Shown here in pieces: positions 14,377 to 27,560 of a stretch of 64,000 nucleotides of DNA (positions within the stretch are counted from its first letter, which is position 1; every line of letters starts with the position of its first letter). The DNA is taken from assembly GCA_964016885.1 (NCBI GenBank), contig OZ024740.1:339450001-339514000 (forward strand), in the 5' to 3' direction. The stretch comes from Eledone cirrhosa (Eukaryota). A model generated the notes under the pieces. The model was not told where the DNA came from, ran no database searches, and saw only the letters and a list, made by a program, of their open reading frames with translations. The position numbers and the translations under genes were made by a program.

Positions 14377-14463
14377 AAGTTATTTAACTGATTGATCTCT
14401 GAATAATAAGTTATGACAGATCACTAAAATACTGATATAAACAAATCACTGTAATAAATTATT

Positions 14464-14660
14464 TGAGGGTTGACTGAAAAGTTCATAGGCTGACCAAGAT
14501 ACTCTCAGGTAATGACCAAATGAGGTTTATTTTTCAACATAGTCCCTGAAAAAAACAATGCTGTTATTAATATGAAGAGTTGAAATTAACGCATGCAAGA
14601 TTTCACAGCTCTAGCATGAATTCTTTATAGTCAGCCTATGAACTTTTCAGCTGACCCTCG
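14464..14660. mobile_element. Mariner-type MITE
   Basis: ~30-bp TIRs tgagggttgactgaaaagttcataggctgac / gtcagcctatgaacttttcagctgaccctcg followed by TA. Confidence 0.8.
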
Positions 14661-15349
14661 TATAACAACTCACTGTTATAGAAAACATATTATAATGTGT
14701 TAATATTATATGTAATAATTTTAAGTAATAATGTTATATAACAACAAGGGCGGTGCCCCAGCATGGCCTCAGCCGGATGGCTGAAACAGGTAAAAGAGTA
14801 AACAAACCATTGTGACAATTGTCATAATTAGTTTTAAAAGTAAGCATCCAGTTGTTTGGTCAACTGAACATCCAACTCATGAATTAAGGTGTAAGTGGTT
14901 TAGTATTTCACCGATATGTGTATCCTTAAAGTAATTCTTAAGCCATATCAGTGTGACACAATGTGTCACAAGGTTGGACCTTTGAATTACAGGTACAATC
15001 CATCCAACAGGATTCTACACAGTTTCCATCAACCCAATTTCACTCACTAGGCTTGAGTCAATCTGAGGCTATGGTAAAGATGCTTTGACAAGATGCCACA
15101 CAGTAGGGTTGAACTCGGGACTTAAAGATTAAGAAGCAAACTTCTGAACCACTCAGCTGTATTGCATCCACGATAATAATAAGTTAGACAGAAGATCATT
15201 ATCATAATAGGTTTTATATCTAACCACTATAAGTTATATAACTGAGCACTATAAAAATGCTTTATAAGTGAGCTCTGTAATAAGGTATATAACAGACTAC
15301 TATAATATAAGGTTGTTTAACAGAATATTGTAATATGTTATATAACAGA

Positions 15350-16065
15350 TCCAAAAAGGTACTATGGCATGAAGTTGTGCTTGAGCAGAACCTGCTTGGA
15401 ATAGAAGGGGATTGGGCAATATCTGCCAATCTCCCAGACTGGCATCAGAATTATCCCAAATTCATTAACAAGAGAGGACAGACCAGATAATGTTCTGTGG
15501 TCAGAGGCAGGCACCAGAGTCAACCTGGTTGAGCTGCCCATCCCTTATGAGAGCCATAAGATGAGGAAGTATGAAGACATCTCCAGAGAGGTGACAAGAG
15601 AAGGTATCAATGCATAATAAAGCATGTGGAAGTTGGTGCATGAGGATTTGTCACAGCTTTCATGTGCCAACTACTAGGTCAGCTTGGAATCAAAGGTCAG
15701 AAAAGAACAGTAACAATCGAACGCTTGTCAGAGACAGCTGAGGAAAGTTCAATGTGACTATGGTCAAAGAGGAATGACAACTGGAACTGTGTTAGGATAC
15801 ATCATCATGAGCATTGATTGTTGTTTAAATAGATGTGAAGTGTTAGTTCTACTGATGGTCTTGTTGGCTGAGTGGTGTAAACCATCAGCATGAGAAACAA
15901 AATCACATGCTGGAGGACAAAAATAGCAGATGGACTCCTAGGAGTCATGACCTAGGTGAGCCCGGCTCCCTTAGAGTGTTAGGTGGAATCAAGAGCTGAA
16001 ACACTTGTTTGACGGGAGTTCTTCTTATGAAGATCTTCCTGCTGTCTGCTCACCCATTCTGAGTT
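15350..16065 (+). mobile_element. HERO-like non-LTR retrotransposon 3' portion
   Basis: DWAISANL...RPDNVLWSE..RVNLVEL.IPYE..K..KY, then VEVGA*GFV...LGIKG...AEESSM*LWSKR, then a probable 3' UTR. Confidence 0.75.
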
Positions 16066-17064
16066 TCTGCCTACTATATAAAAGATCATCATCATCATCA
16101 TCACCATTTAATATCCATTTTTCCATGCTAGCATGGGTTAGATGAGTTGTCCTGTTGTAAGACAAGCCAGATGAGATGACTGTGTCTGGCTCATACAGGA
16201 CTGGATCAACGTAATAAGTTACATAACTGATCACTATAATAATAAATTCTGTAGATGATCATTACAAAAATATGTTCAATAATCACTCACTGTAGTAATC
16301 ATTTCTAACATAAGTACAAGAGTAGAAATTTTTGATGAATGGCAAGTTGATTAAGCCAACCCTAGAGCTTGACTGGTACTTTATTTATCAACATTGGAAG
16401 AATAAAAAGCAATGCCGGTCTTAGTGGGATTTAAACTCAGAAAATAAAGAGCTGGAACAAATAATGCAAAATATTTCAACCAATGCTCAAATGTTTCTAT
16501 CAAATTAATTGTTATTTTAATGTAAATGATATTAACATTTTTGACACCAACCTGCATGAAATTTCTTTTGGTCTTAAAACGCAAAGCTGCTTATTTTCAA
16601 ATGTTTATATTCATATAAAAGTTTTCCCTCATAATTTATTTAAGAACTTTTGTTAAGCTATATCCAAACACTAGTTTAATAATGTGAAAGTTAATTATAT
16701 TACTAAATCATGCTAAGTGTTTGATTATTTTTAAATTGAAATGCATGTATTAACTTTCATTATAAATATGACAGGGTTAACCTTTATAAGCAGCAATTTG
16801 AGGAAGAAAATAACAACAGATATCAGTGGAGCTGTTTTCTTTTTCTCTTAAATTGCTGCTTATAATGTTTAATATCATTTCAATTAAATCTTAACCATTA
16901 ATTTATAATTTTATTTATAGAGTTATTTCTCATCACAAACACCAAACTGGGACAAAGTACCTTCTTGTGTAGAACATTGGTAAACTAACCTATCTTGCTA
17001 CTGTTAAGGGACTGATAAATTATCTTGCAGGACATAACATAACAAAATAGTTTTTAACTTTTAA

Positions 17065-17276
17065 CCTGTTAGCATCTAAACCGGCCATAACCTGCCAGAA
17101 TTCTCTCACCTCTTTCCATTCAAATCAACTGTAACTGGCCGCTCCGACTGATGTTAAGATATTGTTCTCAAAATAAATAACATCAGAATCTCACAGATTC
17201 AATATTATGAGAAATAATCATGTGAGGTAAAACCTTTACCACAAAAATACAGTAGAGTAATATAAATGCTAAAGGG
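17065..17276. mobile_element. piggyBac-type MITE (second copy)
   Basis: TTAA flanks; colinear with 9357-9576. Confidence 0.8.
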
Positions 17277-17519
17277 TTAATCTGTCAAGACAGAATGTTA
17301 GGTGTTCTGCAGGGTATCAAAAATGTGGTTGACTGGCAAGTCTAGTGATGGAAATAGATTTGGGATAATCGGTATACGGTAAGGCTCTATTTGGAACTTT
17401 TGCTTCGAGATCACAGAAGGGGTCCATTTCATTAAAGAACAAAAGCAGCATTGTTTTACATTACAGTTCATACTACAGCATGTTATAAACTGTGTGTAAT
17501 TTTCGTATCTTCCCTCACC

Positions 17520-19250
17520 TCCTCTTTCTTTCTGCATGCTGTTTTTCAAAAGCCATGTCTTCACATATTCTTTTGGAGGAATTTTAACAGACAAAGAACC
17601 ATCAACTCCAGTAAAAAAATGTAAGAGTTTGAAGCCCTGCATATTATTGGTACATACACAATTTCATGCCACTGAAGCATCTTTCAAATTCTGGTGTTAA
17701 CACCAGAAGTGTTCTTACAGCTATGGAAATATGCAGAAATAAACTATCTTCCTTTAAGAATTCATAAATTCTCTGTAGGCTCTGATACATAACTAACCAT
17801 CTGAGGCAAATTGTTTTGCCATTTCTTGTATATCTTTATTCTAAAGGTAAAAAAAATGTTTACTCTTCTGGAAATAATCTTAATATCTAAATATTTCACC
17901 TGGTTAATTAACATTTTACATTTATCATTGGAAGTTGTCAGAAATTCAAGTAGCCTGGATTTCATATTATTGATCAGACTCCGGAAAACATGTTGTAGGT
18001 ATATAGTAGGTACTTTACCATTTCTGAAATTTATCCCGTTAAATATCACATGGTTCATTGCTTTCTGCATTTAAGCTTAATATTTCCATGGCTTCACTTT
18101 TTGACATTCAAGAACCATGATAGTTCATCTAATTTCTTCATGTGCTTTACTAAGTGTACAATTTCAGTTCTGCGGTTCAGAGAACTATACCAAACAGTCT
18201 ATCCAACAAGTTGAAATTATTTATGAACTTGATAATTCTAATACTTTTATTCAGTCCCACATACTTTGCTCTTTATGTATTAGATCATGGAGCATCATAA
18301 CTTACCCTTCTAAAATACACCCAAATCGCTTTATATGATTGCCATGTTGCCTTTACAGTTTGATTAGATAAAAATATCTCACATTGAAAATATGACTAAA
18401 GTTTGAAAGTTGACTGAAAGGTCTCAACGCATAAAATTAACTCATTATCATTTTTGGGGGGTATTACTGATATAAAGAATGTGATTCATTATATTAAATC
18501 TGATAACGGCTAAAATCCACAACTTCATTTACAATATCACCTACAGTAAATATAAGCCTGTCACTGGCACAATACCAGAACTTTGCATTTGGAAAGGTCC
18601 CAAGATATAAGTTTTGCTGACCCTAAACTCAGTCCTAATATTACTGATGTTCTCTCAGCTACAAGTGATATCACATTTTCTTTTAACTACTTCCTTTTAA
18701 AAAAATCACCTGTTTTAAACCAGCTTAGAAATATATATTTAGATTTTGCATTTGCACTATGGTTTAAATGTTCTACGTCAAAATATAATGATATAAGGTG
18801 GGAAGATTCACTAACTGCTGCTTTCAAACAGATTACTAAAGCAGTTTTGCTATCAAAAGTAGTAGATTCATCAATCATAATGGACATTTTAGATTATTTT
18901 AAAATTATATTTTTTACCACTGTCTTTTGCATCTGTTTCCCTATGTGGTAAGATCTATCTACACATGACTTATGAGAGTATAGAATGTACCATAAGTAAA
19001 AGTCATTTTTTTCTTGCACTTCAGTTTTATAAGACATTTGTATAGCTTATCTTTGTACAAAATATTTACAGTTCCAAAATCTCAACCTGTTTTTACTTCG
19101 TCATTTCTCGATTACTTTTTTATCAACAGTTTCATTGATTTTTTTTGGCATCTATAATAGGTTTCACAAGTTTTGTGCTTAAAAATGCGAGTTCATAAAC
19201 TTGCTAACTGTTTTGCCTTGTTACCATTCACTCACACCTACTATCTTAAT
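17520..19250 (-). pseudogene. Decayed hAT transposase (ZNF862-like group)
   Basis: SIMIDESTT catalytic motif (~18870), CASDRL..VGD (~18560), C-terminal EFERCFSGMK (~17670) and PKEYVKTWL; many stops and frameshifts; boundaries approximate. Confidence 0.7.
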
Positions 19251-19357
19251 GTTGCACAAGTCACAAGAAAAATGGATTTCTTGCGTTTGTTTAATTCCAA
19301 AGGGATCACACTTACTACATAAGCTAAAATTTTCTTTTTCTAACACTTAGCCAGGGA

Positions 19358-20125
19358 ACATCATCATCATCATTTTACGTCCATTTTTTCAGACTTTCAT
19401 GATATGACGTGTTCTTTCTAGCAGAGCCTGCCTCCACTCATACTGTTCCTTTGTCTTCTCTGTTCTGAGATCAGCTCTAACCACCTCTGCTTGGGTTTTT
19501 CTCAGTTTACCTCTACTGCACCTCTTTTCCACTGGTATCACCTGGCATTTCTTCATCCAGCATTCATCATCTATATACATCATATATCCAAACCAGTGTG
19601 GTGGTTTTTGCACACTACATCTGATTCTTCTTATACCTAGCTTTTCTCTCAGTTCATCCACCCCATTATTCATGCACATAAACATTACACATTGAACAGA
19701 GCATGCTTACTTCCTTTCTCTCCAGCTTCTGTATTCCCTATGCTTTACCTTACTGTCATGCAATATCATGCTTCTCACGAATCTACCATTTGCTCATAAA
19801 ATAATCTATTAGTTGTCCCTTTGTGGTAAACCTTTTCCATCCTCTTTTTATTCTAGCTACTTTGCTTGCTGATGAACATCCTCCACTGTAATTAGGTCAC
19901 CTAAGTATCAGAAACTATCAACTACTTTTATGGTACCATCCTGTGATTGGAAAAGGTTTATTTCATTGCTGCTTTTACTACCCACTATTCATGTGCATCT
20001 ACCACAAGCAAACCTATTTTCTTTTTCTGTTAGCCTGCCTACAATCCAACTACAACACTTGTGTACCCATACATTACATTGTGTGCATCTTATAAAGTTC
20101 TTACCTACTCCTTATTGTTTAAAGA
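19358..20125 (-). mobile_element. Older RTE LINE 3' portion, also with the PHD finger
   Basis: GVGKNFIRCTQCNVWVHKCC..RFACGRC, FYLG-like motif, LREKLGIRRIRCSVQ..WFG; (ATG)n tail at 19358-19385. Confidence 0.8.
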
Positions 20126-21100
20126 ACATTTCTTATGTCCAACAGTCTAAAATTTTAAACATATCTTTCGAAATGTTATTACTTTCACATGCAGCATTAT
20201 ATGAAACAGTAGTATTGGGAGATCGTCATTTACAACTAATTTAGCCCTCTTTAATGGCTGAGTGTTTTTCATTAATTTGTTATAACTGCTTTCATATTTA
20301 TTTTTAAGGGAAAACACTGCCTTTGATTTTTAAAATCTCTTGAAAATAATCAAGAGATAGGAAGGATTTAGTAATATAACTTTCTTATTTTTAAGCTGAT
20401 GTTTGGAACATAATTTAACAAAAGTTCTTACATAAGATTATGATGGAAGATTTGTCACATGGCCTGCAAGGCTAACCCCTTCTCTAGCAGGGAAAATAGC
20501 CTTAAAATATATAAACAGTTTAAAACAAACAGTTCTATAGCATAAGGGCAGTGTCAGATGGCTTGGTATTTAATATACTGATTTTCAGAGGACAACAATT
20601 TAAAAAATGTTGGGTTTTTTTAATACTGGTTATATCTATATAAAAAATGACCAGAATATGTTTTTCTACTTGCACTGTTGCTCAGTAAAGCTATCCATAT
20701 TAAAATAATCCCCATTCCTAGTTTAAGCTGGAAAAAATTATTCATATTTCCTAATATCACTTTCTTCTAGTCTATTCAAATCTAACCCAGCAACTTCCTC
20801 TAAAAGTGGAATTTTTCATTGGGGACAATAAAAATAACCATTGAATTATATAATATCCAGTCTAAGTCATGCCTACCATAGCAATTTCTAATTAAAGTAG
20901 TTCATGTAAAACCTAGTCGGAATTCTAAACTACAGTGAATTAAAGTTCCAGTGGATAAAGGCCATGCCTTACCAAAAGTTAAATTAGCCACAGTACTCAT
21001 CATCATTATCGATTTTACATTCATTTTTCCATGATGACATGGGTTGAATGAAGACTGAAAATTATTTTTGTTTCATGTGGCATTAAGACTCCCTCTAAAC

Positions 21101-21410
21101 CAGGTGTTCCCAAACTTTTTTGCGTCATTGCCCACTTTCACATGGAAACATTTTCCACCTCCCACCTGTAAAGTAAATATTCAAAATCATACCAAAAAGT
21201 TTGTTACTGGTTTATTATTCCCATTTAGCCTCCCTTTTTTTATATACAAGTTCTTTGCATTTCTTTGAAGATATTTTTGGTGGTAGCAAAATCCTATATT
21301 GTCCACCAAAATCTCGAATTGCTTACGATTTTCTGTTCAGTTGCTCACCTTCCACCCAACATTTGAGAACTCTAACTGGTTGGTGTTATCATCCAGGTTG
21401 AGAAACCCTG
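21101..21410. mobile_element. hAT (Charlie-like) MITE
   Basis: TIRs caggtgttcccaaac / ggttgagaaaccctg; 8-bp TSD ctctaaac / ccctagac. Confidence 0.75.
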
Positions 21411-22565
21411 CCCTAGACTGAACAAAGTTCATCACCAAGTTAACCACTGTTACTGCTGCTGGTACTTGTTTTCAGCTGAGCAAATTTAAGCAACATGAAA
21501 TGAAGTGACTTGCTCAAGGACATAATGTGTCACCTATCTAGTGTATGAACCCACAAACCTACAATCATAAACCCTAAATCTTGACCATTTGGCCACTGTT
21601 ATACAATCTACTTACTAAAGGCATGTAACTCAAGTGGTTTAAAATCTTTATTATATGAAATTATCTTGTATATGTACAACTAAAGCTAAGCTGAGAAAAA
21701 CAGCTAATGAAGTAAACTGAAGTATGTAGAATGCATAGCATAGCTTCTCATGTGAGTGTAAAAACTTATTAGAAGCAATTTAAATAATAAAACATCACTT
21801 TAATTAAAATATATAGTATAACGTTTGGTGTGCATTTGAAATAAATCTAACAACCTTTTGATCTCTTAATTTAACTTTAAATATTCACATTCACTTTGAA
21901 GAATACTGTAACATATGTTCATAGCTATAAGGTGGTGAATTGGCAGAGTTGTTAGAATGTTGGTTAGAACACTTCACAGTTTTTGTTCTGACTTTCTATT
22001 TCTCTCTCTCTTTCTCTGTAAGAAATTAGCTATGTTCAGGCCTGAAAAGGGATGGGTTCTGCTAGAATTAAATGCTAAAGATAAGTTGTATGTCATGATG
22101 GCATCCTTATAATTCCATAGAGAGTGAAGGGACCATGCATGCATGAATGCACCCAAGACCTTAAAAAGTTCACTGAACTGATTTTAATACATGAATCTAA
22201 TATTCATAGCATTTCATGCTTTTGGTGCAGGTTCAAACCAAAGACTTACTACATTAGCTGTAAACAACTCTTCATGTTCACAAGCTCTCAACCTATATAA
22301 TAACAAGGATCTACAAATACATGTACTACAATAATATATGCTGATGAAGTATTACTACGATGAAAAATATTTGTGAGTGACAGGTATAATTCAATGGTAT
22401 CACTATTATGCTATGGAAAGAATGTGGTGGGATGGATTTATAATCAGTTTCGACAATAAACATTCAATTGTTCGACCAACTGAGTGTCCAACTCATGAAT
22501 TAACATGTAAGGGATTGAGTATTCTACAAACACATTTACTCATAACATCATTTCTAAGCTTAATG

Positions 22566-22782
22566 GAGGTGGATTGGTAGTATCAGTAGAGCTTTGCAGC
22601 ATAGAGCTACAGCTTTTTATGGTCTGAATTCAAATCCTGCCGAGGTTAGCTTTGCCTTTCATCCTAACGAGGTCAATAAAATAAAGCAATAAAATAAAGC
22701 ACCAGTAATGCACTGGGGTCGATTTAATCGACTTTCTCCTCCCCACAAATTGTTGGCCTTGTTTCTATAGTAGAAATCATTA
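22566..22782 (+). mobile_element. Meta-type SINE nested in an older SINE
   Basis: Matches the family consensus; flanks resume the repeat also seen at 14850-15165. Confidence 0.75.
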
Positions 22783-24344
22783 TTGCTAAGCTTAATCAGT
22801 GTGACACAAAATGGGACAAGGCAGGACCTTTGAATTATAAATGCAATCCATCCTACATGCTTCCACACAGTTTCTTTCTCACGAGGCTTGAATCAATCTG
22901 AGGCTATAGAAAAGACACTTGCCCATGATTGCAAAACACACTTCTTAACCATTCAGCTATGCCAGCTTTTGGGCTAAGGTATGATGATTGAATAACACGT
23001 AGAATAATAAAAGAGCACCTGTGTAACTGCTTCCAATACACTTAATAAACTTGCTGATATTAATGTGTCATATTTTGGCAGAGTTATGATCTGTTGGGGT
23101 TTCATGATATATGCACCACCATAATTGCTTGCTTAATAGTTTATGCTCCTCCTACATTGCTTTATAACTGAATACACACTGTATTACTTATGGTAATTTT
23201 TGTATTTAAATATCTAAAATATTATATTGTACAGAATTCTTTCTAAGCAATATAATTTATTTTACTGTTTAGTCAGTGAGGAAAGGACAATCATTTTAGG
23301 ACCTCTAAGATTTGTGGGAAGTAGAGAGAAGGGTTACCTAACCTGAATGCTTGTAAGAGGATGGACTCTACTAAAAACACCCAAAGTGGTTATCTTGAAT
23401 CTAGTGACAGATTAAGTCTGCCTCCCAAGTAAGCTACAACAGGATTTAAAATCAGAACATAAAGAACTAGAATAAATATCTCAAGGTATCTTGTCCAATG
23501 TCCTAACAATTCTGTCAATCTACCATTCTGGACTGGTACTTTATTTGATCAACTCTGAAAGAATGACAGAGAAAGTTGACTTTAATGAGATATGAACTCA
23601 GAATGCAGAAAGTCAAAACAAATACCAGTCTAATAACTCTGCCAATTTGATAACAATAAATAAAAAATGTATATGACAACTCACTCCCTCCTCTCCTCAG
23701 TTCACAGGGGTGCAGGTGTCAGGACCCATGCACATTGCCATACACAACCTGACCTCATATTTAATAAATTTGTTTGTTTGTTTGTTTTTTTTTCTTATAT
23801 GAATAAATTCTCTCTACAACAATTTTTGTTTCAATTAATGTCTTATAAAGATTAGAATGATTGAATGACCATAAAATATAGATCTGGGTTCTATAACAAT
23901 AAATAAATTTATTTTGTGTGTTTTATGAGAACTGAATGATATATGCTTTCATAATTATAATAAATAAACAAGTCCATTTTTTTAATAGAAATTTGACAAA
24001 GAATAGCTAATAATAAACAACACCATCAGTAGACAATAAATATATAAAAGCCTAGAAATTGAGAAGTAGGTATACATAGGGTCTCCAAGATAAATTTTGT
24101 AAAGTGGAACAAAACTGCTTTTTGTCTTCCTTGTGGAATTTAAGAGGTTATTGATGTTTATTAGTGGGTATGTGATTCTCTGTATATTCAGGGTCTCACT
24201 TTGGTACTTCAGGGCCCTAGACCAACTGAACTCTACTCTTATAGACACTGAGTATTTGCTGCACTCTTGTTTTCATCACTGTTTTTGTCGTGTTAGTGAG
24301 GCTGTTGAGATTTCCCATCTGAAATTGGTGCTTTTAGTTACAAA

Positions 24345-24582
24345 AAGTTCAATAACTGATCACTATAATAATTTCAATAACCAAAAACTATAATAGCAAT
24401 GATTTCAATGACCAATCGCTATAATTACTTTAATAACCAACCATTATAATTAGTTGAATAACCAATCATTATGCTAAGTTCAATAACCAATTACAGCAGT
24501 AACTAATCACTGTAATAATTTCATTAACTAATCCTTGTTAATGACAACTTCATGGCCTCCTCACAATAACCAATCATTATAA
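24345..24582. repeat. Degenerate ~26-30-bp minisatellite
   Basis: Repeated ttcaataaccaatcactataat-like units. Confidence 0.7.
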
Positions 24583-24624
24583 ACCACGTTTTTAATACAA
24601 ACCAAATGTTGTTATATTACTATT

Positions 24625-25140
24625 TATGTTCTGAGTTCAAATCCCGCCGAGGTTAACTTTGCCGTTCATCCTTATGGGGTCGATAAAATAAAGTACCAGT
24701 AATACACTGGGATAATTGCTGGCCTTGTGCCAAAAGTAGAAACAATTATATTACTATTATTATATTATTATTATTAAGGGCGGTGGATTGACAGTATCGG
24801 TAGGTTGGATGCCATTCTTTGCAGCAAAGAGTTACGGCCCTTTATGGTCTGAGTTGAAATCCTGCCGAGTACCAGTAATGTACTGGGGTAATTGCTGGCC
24901 TTGTGCCCACAGTAGAAACAATTATATTACTATTATTATTCTGGACGATGGATTGGAAGTTTGGTAGAGCATCAGACGCCATGCTTTGCATCATAGTTAT
25001 GGCCCTTTATGTTCTGAGTTCAAAATCCGGCCGAGGTTAGCTTTACTTTTTATCCTTATGGGGTTGATAAAATAAAGTACCAGTAATGCACTGGGGTAAT
25101 TGCTGGTCTTGTGCCAAAAGTAGAAACAATTTTATTACTA
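24625..25140 (+). mobile_element. Three head-to-tail Meta-type SINEs
   Basis: Copies at ~24625-24750, 24778-24935 and 24942-25140, separated only by (ATT)-rich tails. Confidence 0.85.
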
Positions 25141-25269
25141 TAATTCTTCTGTCTTTTTGTTTTCTTTCTTAAATAATTAGTTATTCTTTCCTTCCTTTTC
25201 ACCCCTCCTCTATCTCTCAATTTCTATATCACTCAACAGATTATCACATATTTACAAATTCTGTTACTT

Positions 25270-25850
25270 TCCTAACATGGAAAACCAATTTGATGTCTCT
25301 ATTTCCTCCTCTAGAGTGAATGTTCTTTGTCCTTGTAGCAATTGATAGTGATACTGATATGCCCTTTATTGGATATGACACCATCTTCTACTATTTGATT
25401 GACTATTCAAATAACTAGTACATGACTTACTTCTCCAGATGTCCCTCATGGTCTAACTACTTTTCATGTTTTAATATCTTTAATTGCACGTTTGATAGAG
25501 CTGTCAACTTTAGTGACTGGTCCTTTAATAGTTATACTTGCAGTAAGTCATCTTTCTCCAATGCATTCTGCTCATTCAGCAACCTCTCATAATAGCATTT
25601 TGGTGTCTCTCAGTGCGTACAAATGTGACTATCATCCTGTACATATTTCTCTCCAGCAATGTCTTCATTCTTTCTAGAACACTGCTTTTCAATACAAAAT
25701 GCCTTACACGTCTGAACCTCATGCTGCAAAATACATGCAAACCATTTATTTCCAGTTTTCCCCTTGGTAGTAAAAATACTAGTAATGCAGTAAAGCACCT
25801 CACAAAATCATTGGCCTAGCTATTGTTATTATTGTCTGAAAGAGGATCAT
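25270..25850 (-). mobile_element. Old RTE internal fragment (linker and RT start)
   Basis: EKQCSRKNEDIAGEKYVQDD..YYERLLNEQN..KGPV..AIKDIKT. Confidence 0.65.
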
Positions 25851-27405
25851 CACCACTGCTTGAATAATCTCTAAACTCTTATCTCAGTACTTCATCTTTG
25901 AATTAATACAAAAAATTAACTTTAAAATCATTTGTCATATATTCATATATAATTGTTGCAATGTAGATATAGTAGCAGATCAGAAATGATAAATTCATGA
26001 GCTATAAACAAACAACTATAGAAAAAGTAAATGGAATATGAAAGTTTCATAAAGGAAACATTTACAAATATATCTGACCCTTGACGAAAAGTTATTTCTA
26101 AGATCAATTCTATAATAGATGGTATTCATAATTAAATGATCCATTTATTCTGATTACAAAATATAAGTAATTGCTTCAATTCATGTTGATTTTAGATAGT
26201 TTCAACTTTTGATACCTTGTAATTACTTTCACTTTAACTCCAGTTTTCAGTTCAACATCCCTCTGATGTGATAAAACAGCCATTTACATATTTCTGGCTA
26301 TATTATCTCTCTTGCTTTATTATTTCAAAACTGATTACAACCATAGAATTGCTGAAATGTTAATTTGTTAAATCAAAATCAAATTCAAAATACTGCCCAG
26401 CCACCGCCCTCTTTTGTTCAGTAACATTCCATAACATGTGTTGAGATCAATAGAATCCCAAAATGATAGGCTTTGATACAATGCTTTAATTAACTGTTTA
26501 AGCAAATTATTTAAATCAGATGTTTGCATAAAACTCATTATGGCAGTGACAATATCTCATTGTTTAAGGTAAAAAATGAAATGACATACAAAATGGCTAA
26601 TATATTTCTAAGATGAATCATCAACTATTGTCATTCTATTTCCCTTTTTATTTTTTTGCATCTTCAAATAACTCCTTTTTTGTCTTTTTAGTTTTTTTAG
26701 TTTTATACTACATCTCTCAGAACATTTATATAGAGATTCAGAATTTCTAATTTTTTAAAAAACATTTTTGTCTTTCCATCTCATTTCACAATACCAGTTA
26801 ATTTTCCATATGTTTTACAGCTATCATTGCTTCAGATGATAATTTTTCGATAGATAGTCTGGTTTTGATTTATCTATATGGTGTTGCTCTTCTCTTTTTC
26901 TTTATCAGTTGTGGACACAATCTGCCAACTGAAAGATACAAAAGCATTTTAAAATTGTTATTGCTTATATTAATGCAGAAGATAAAGTGATACAATTTAG
27001 ATGTGTGAGATCGTAATTGACACAATGATTACATTTCAACAAGTTGTTCAACCTGAAGCTTTAAGGGTCACTATTAGAATATTTAAAACCAGCTTCTCCT
27101 GTCACCAGCAGGCACTTCTTTGTGAGTAGATAATGATTAGAGTAACCAATCATATGATCCATAGACAATTATGAAATCCATCCCAATGCCAGGTAACACT
27201 TTTGCCAATATATTACAGTTGACATTTACAGCTTGTCTCTATCTGGTTATAAATCATTGATATATATTTGCCTTCTTCTTCATTTGTTTTCTATCTCACT
27301 TACAATATGAAACGATATACATATAGCCATAGGCATAGGAGTTTTCTTTACAACATCATGCTGGTTCTGGTATGGACAGAATAACCTCTCTAGTGCCATA
27401 ATAAA

Positions 27406-27560
27406 ATGCACCCAGTAAACTGGTATGGCACATTGAGCAAGTGTCTTCTACCATAGCCACAGTTTGGCCAATACTTTGTGATGCACCCAGTAAACTGGTA
27501 TGGCACATTGAGCAAGTGTCTTCTACCATAGCCACAGTTTGGCCAATACTTTGTGATGCA
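27406..27560. repeat. Exact 75-bp tandem duplication
   Basis: 27406-27480 equals 27481-27555. Confidence 0.95.
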
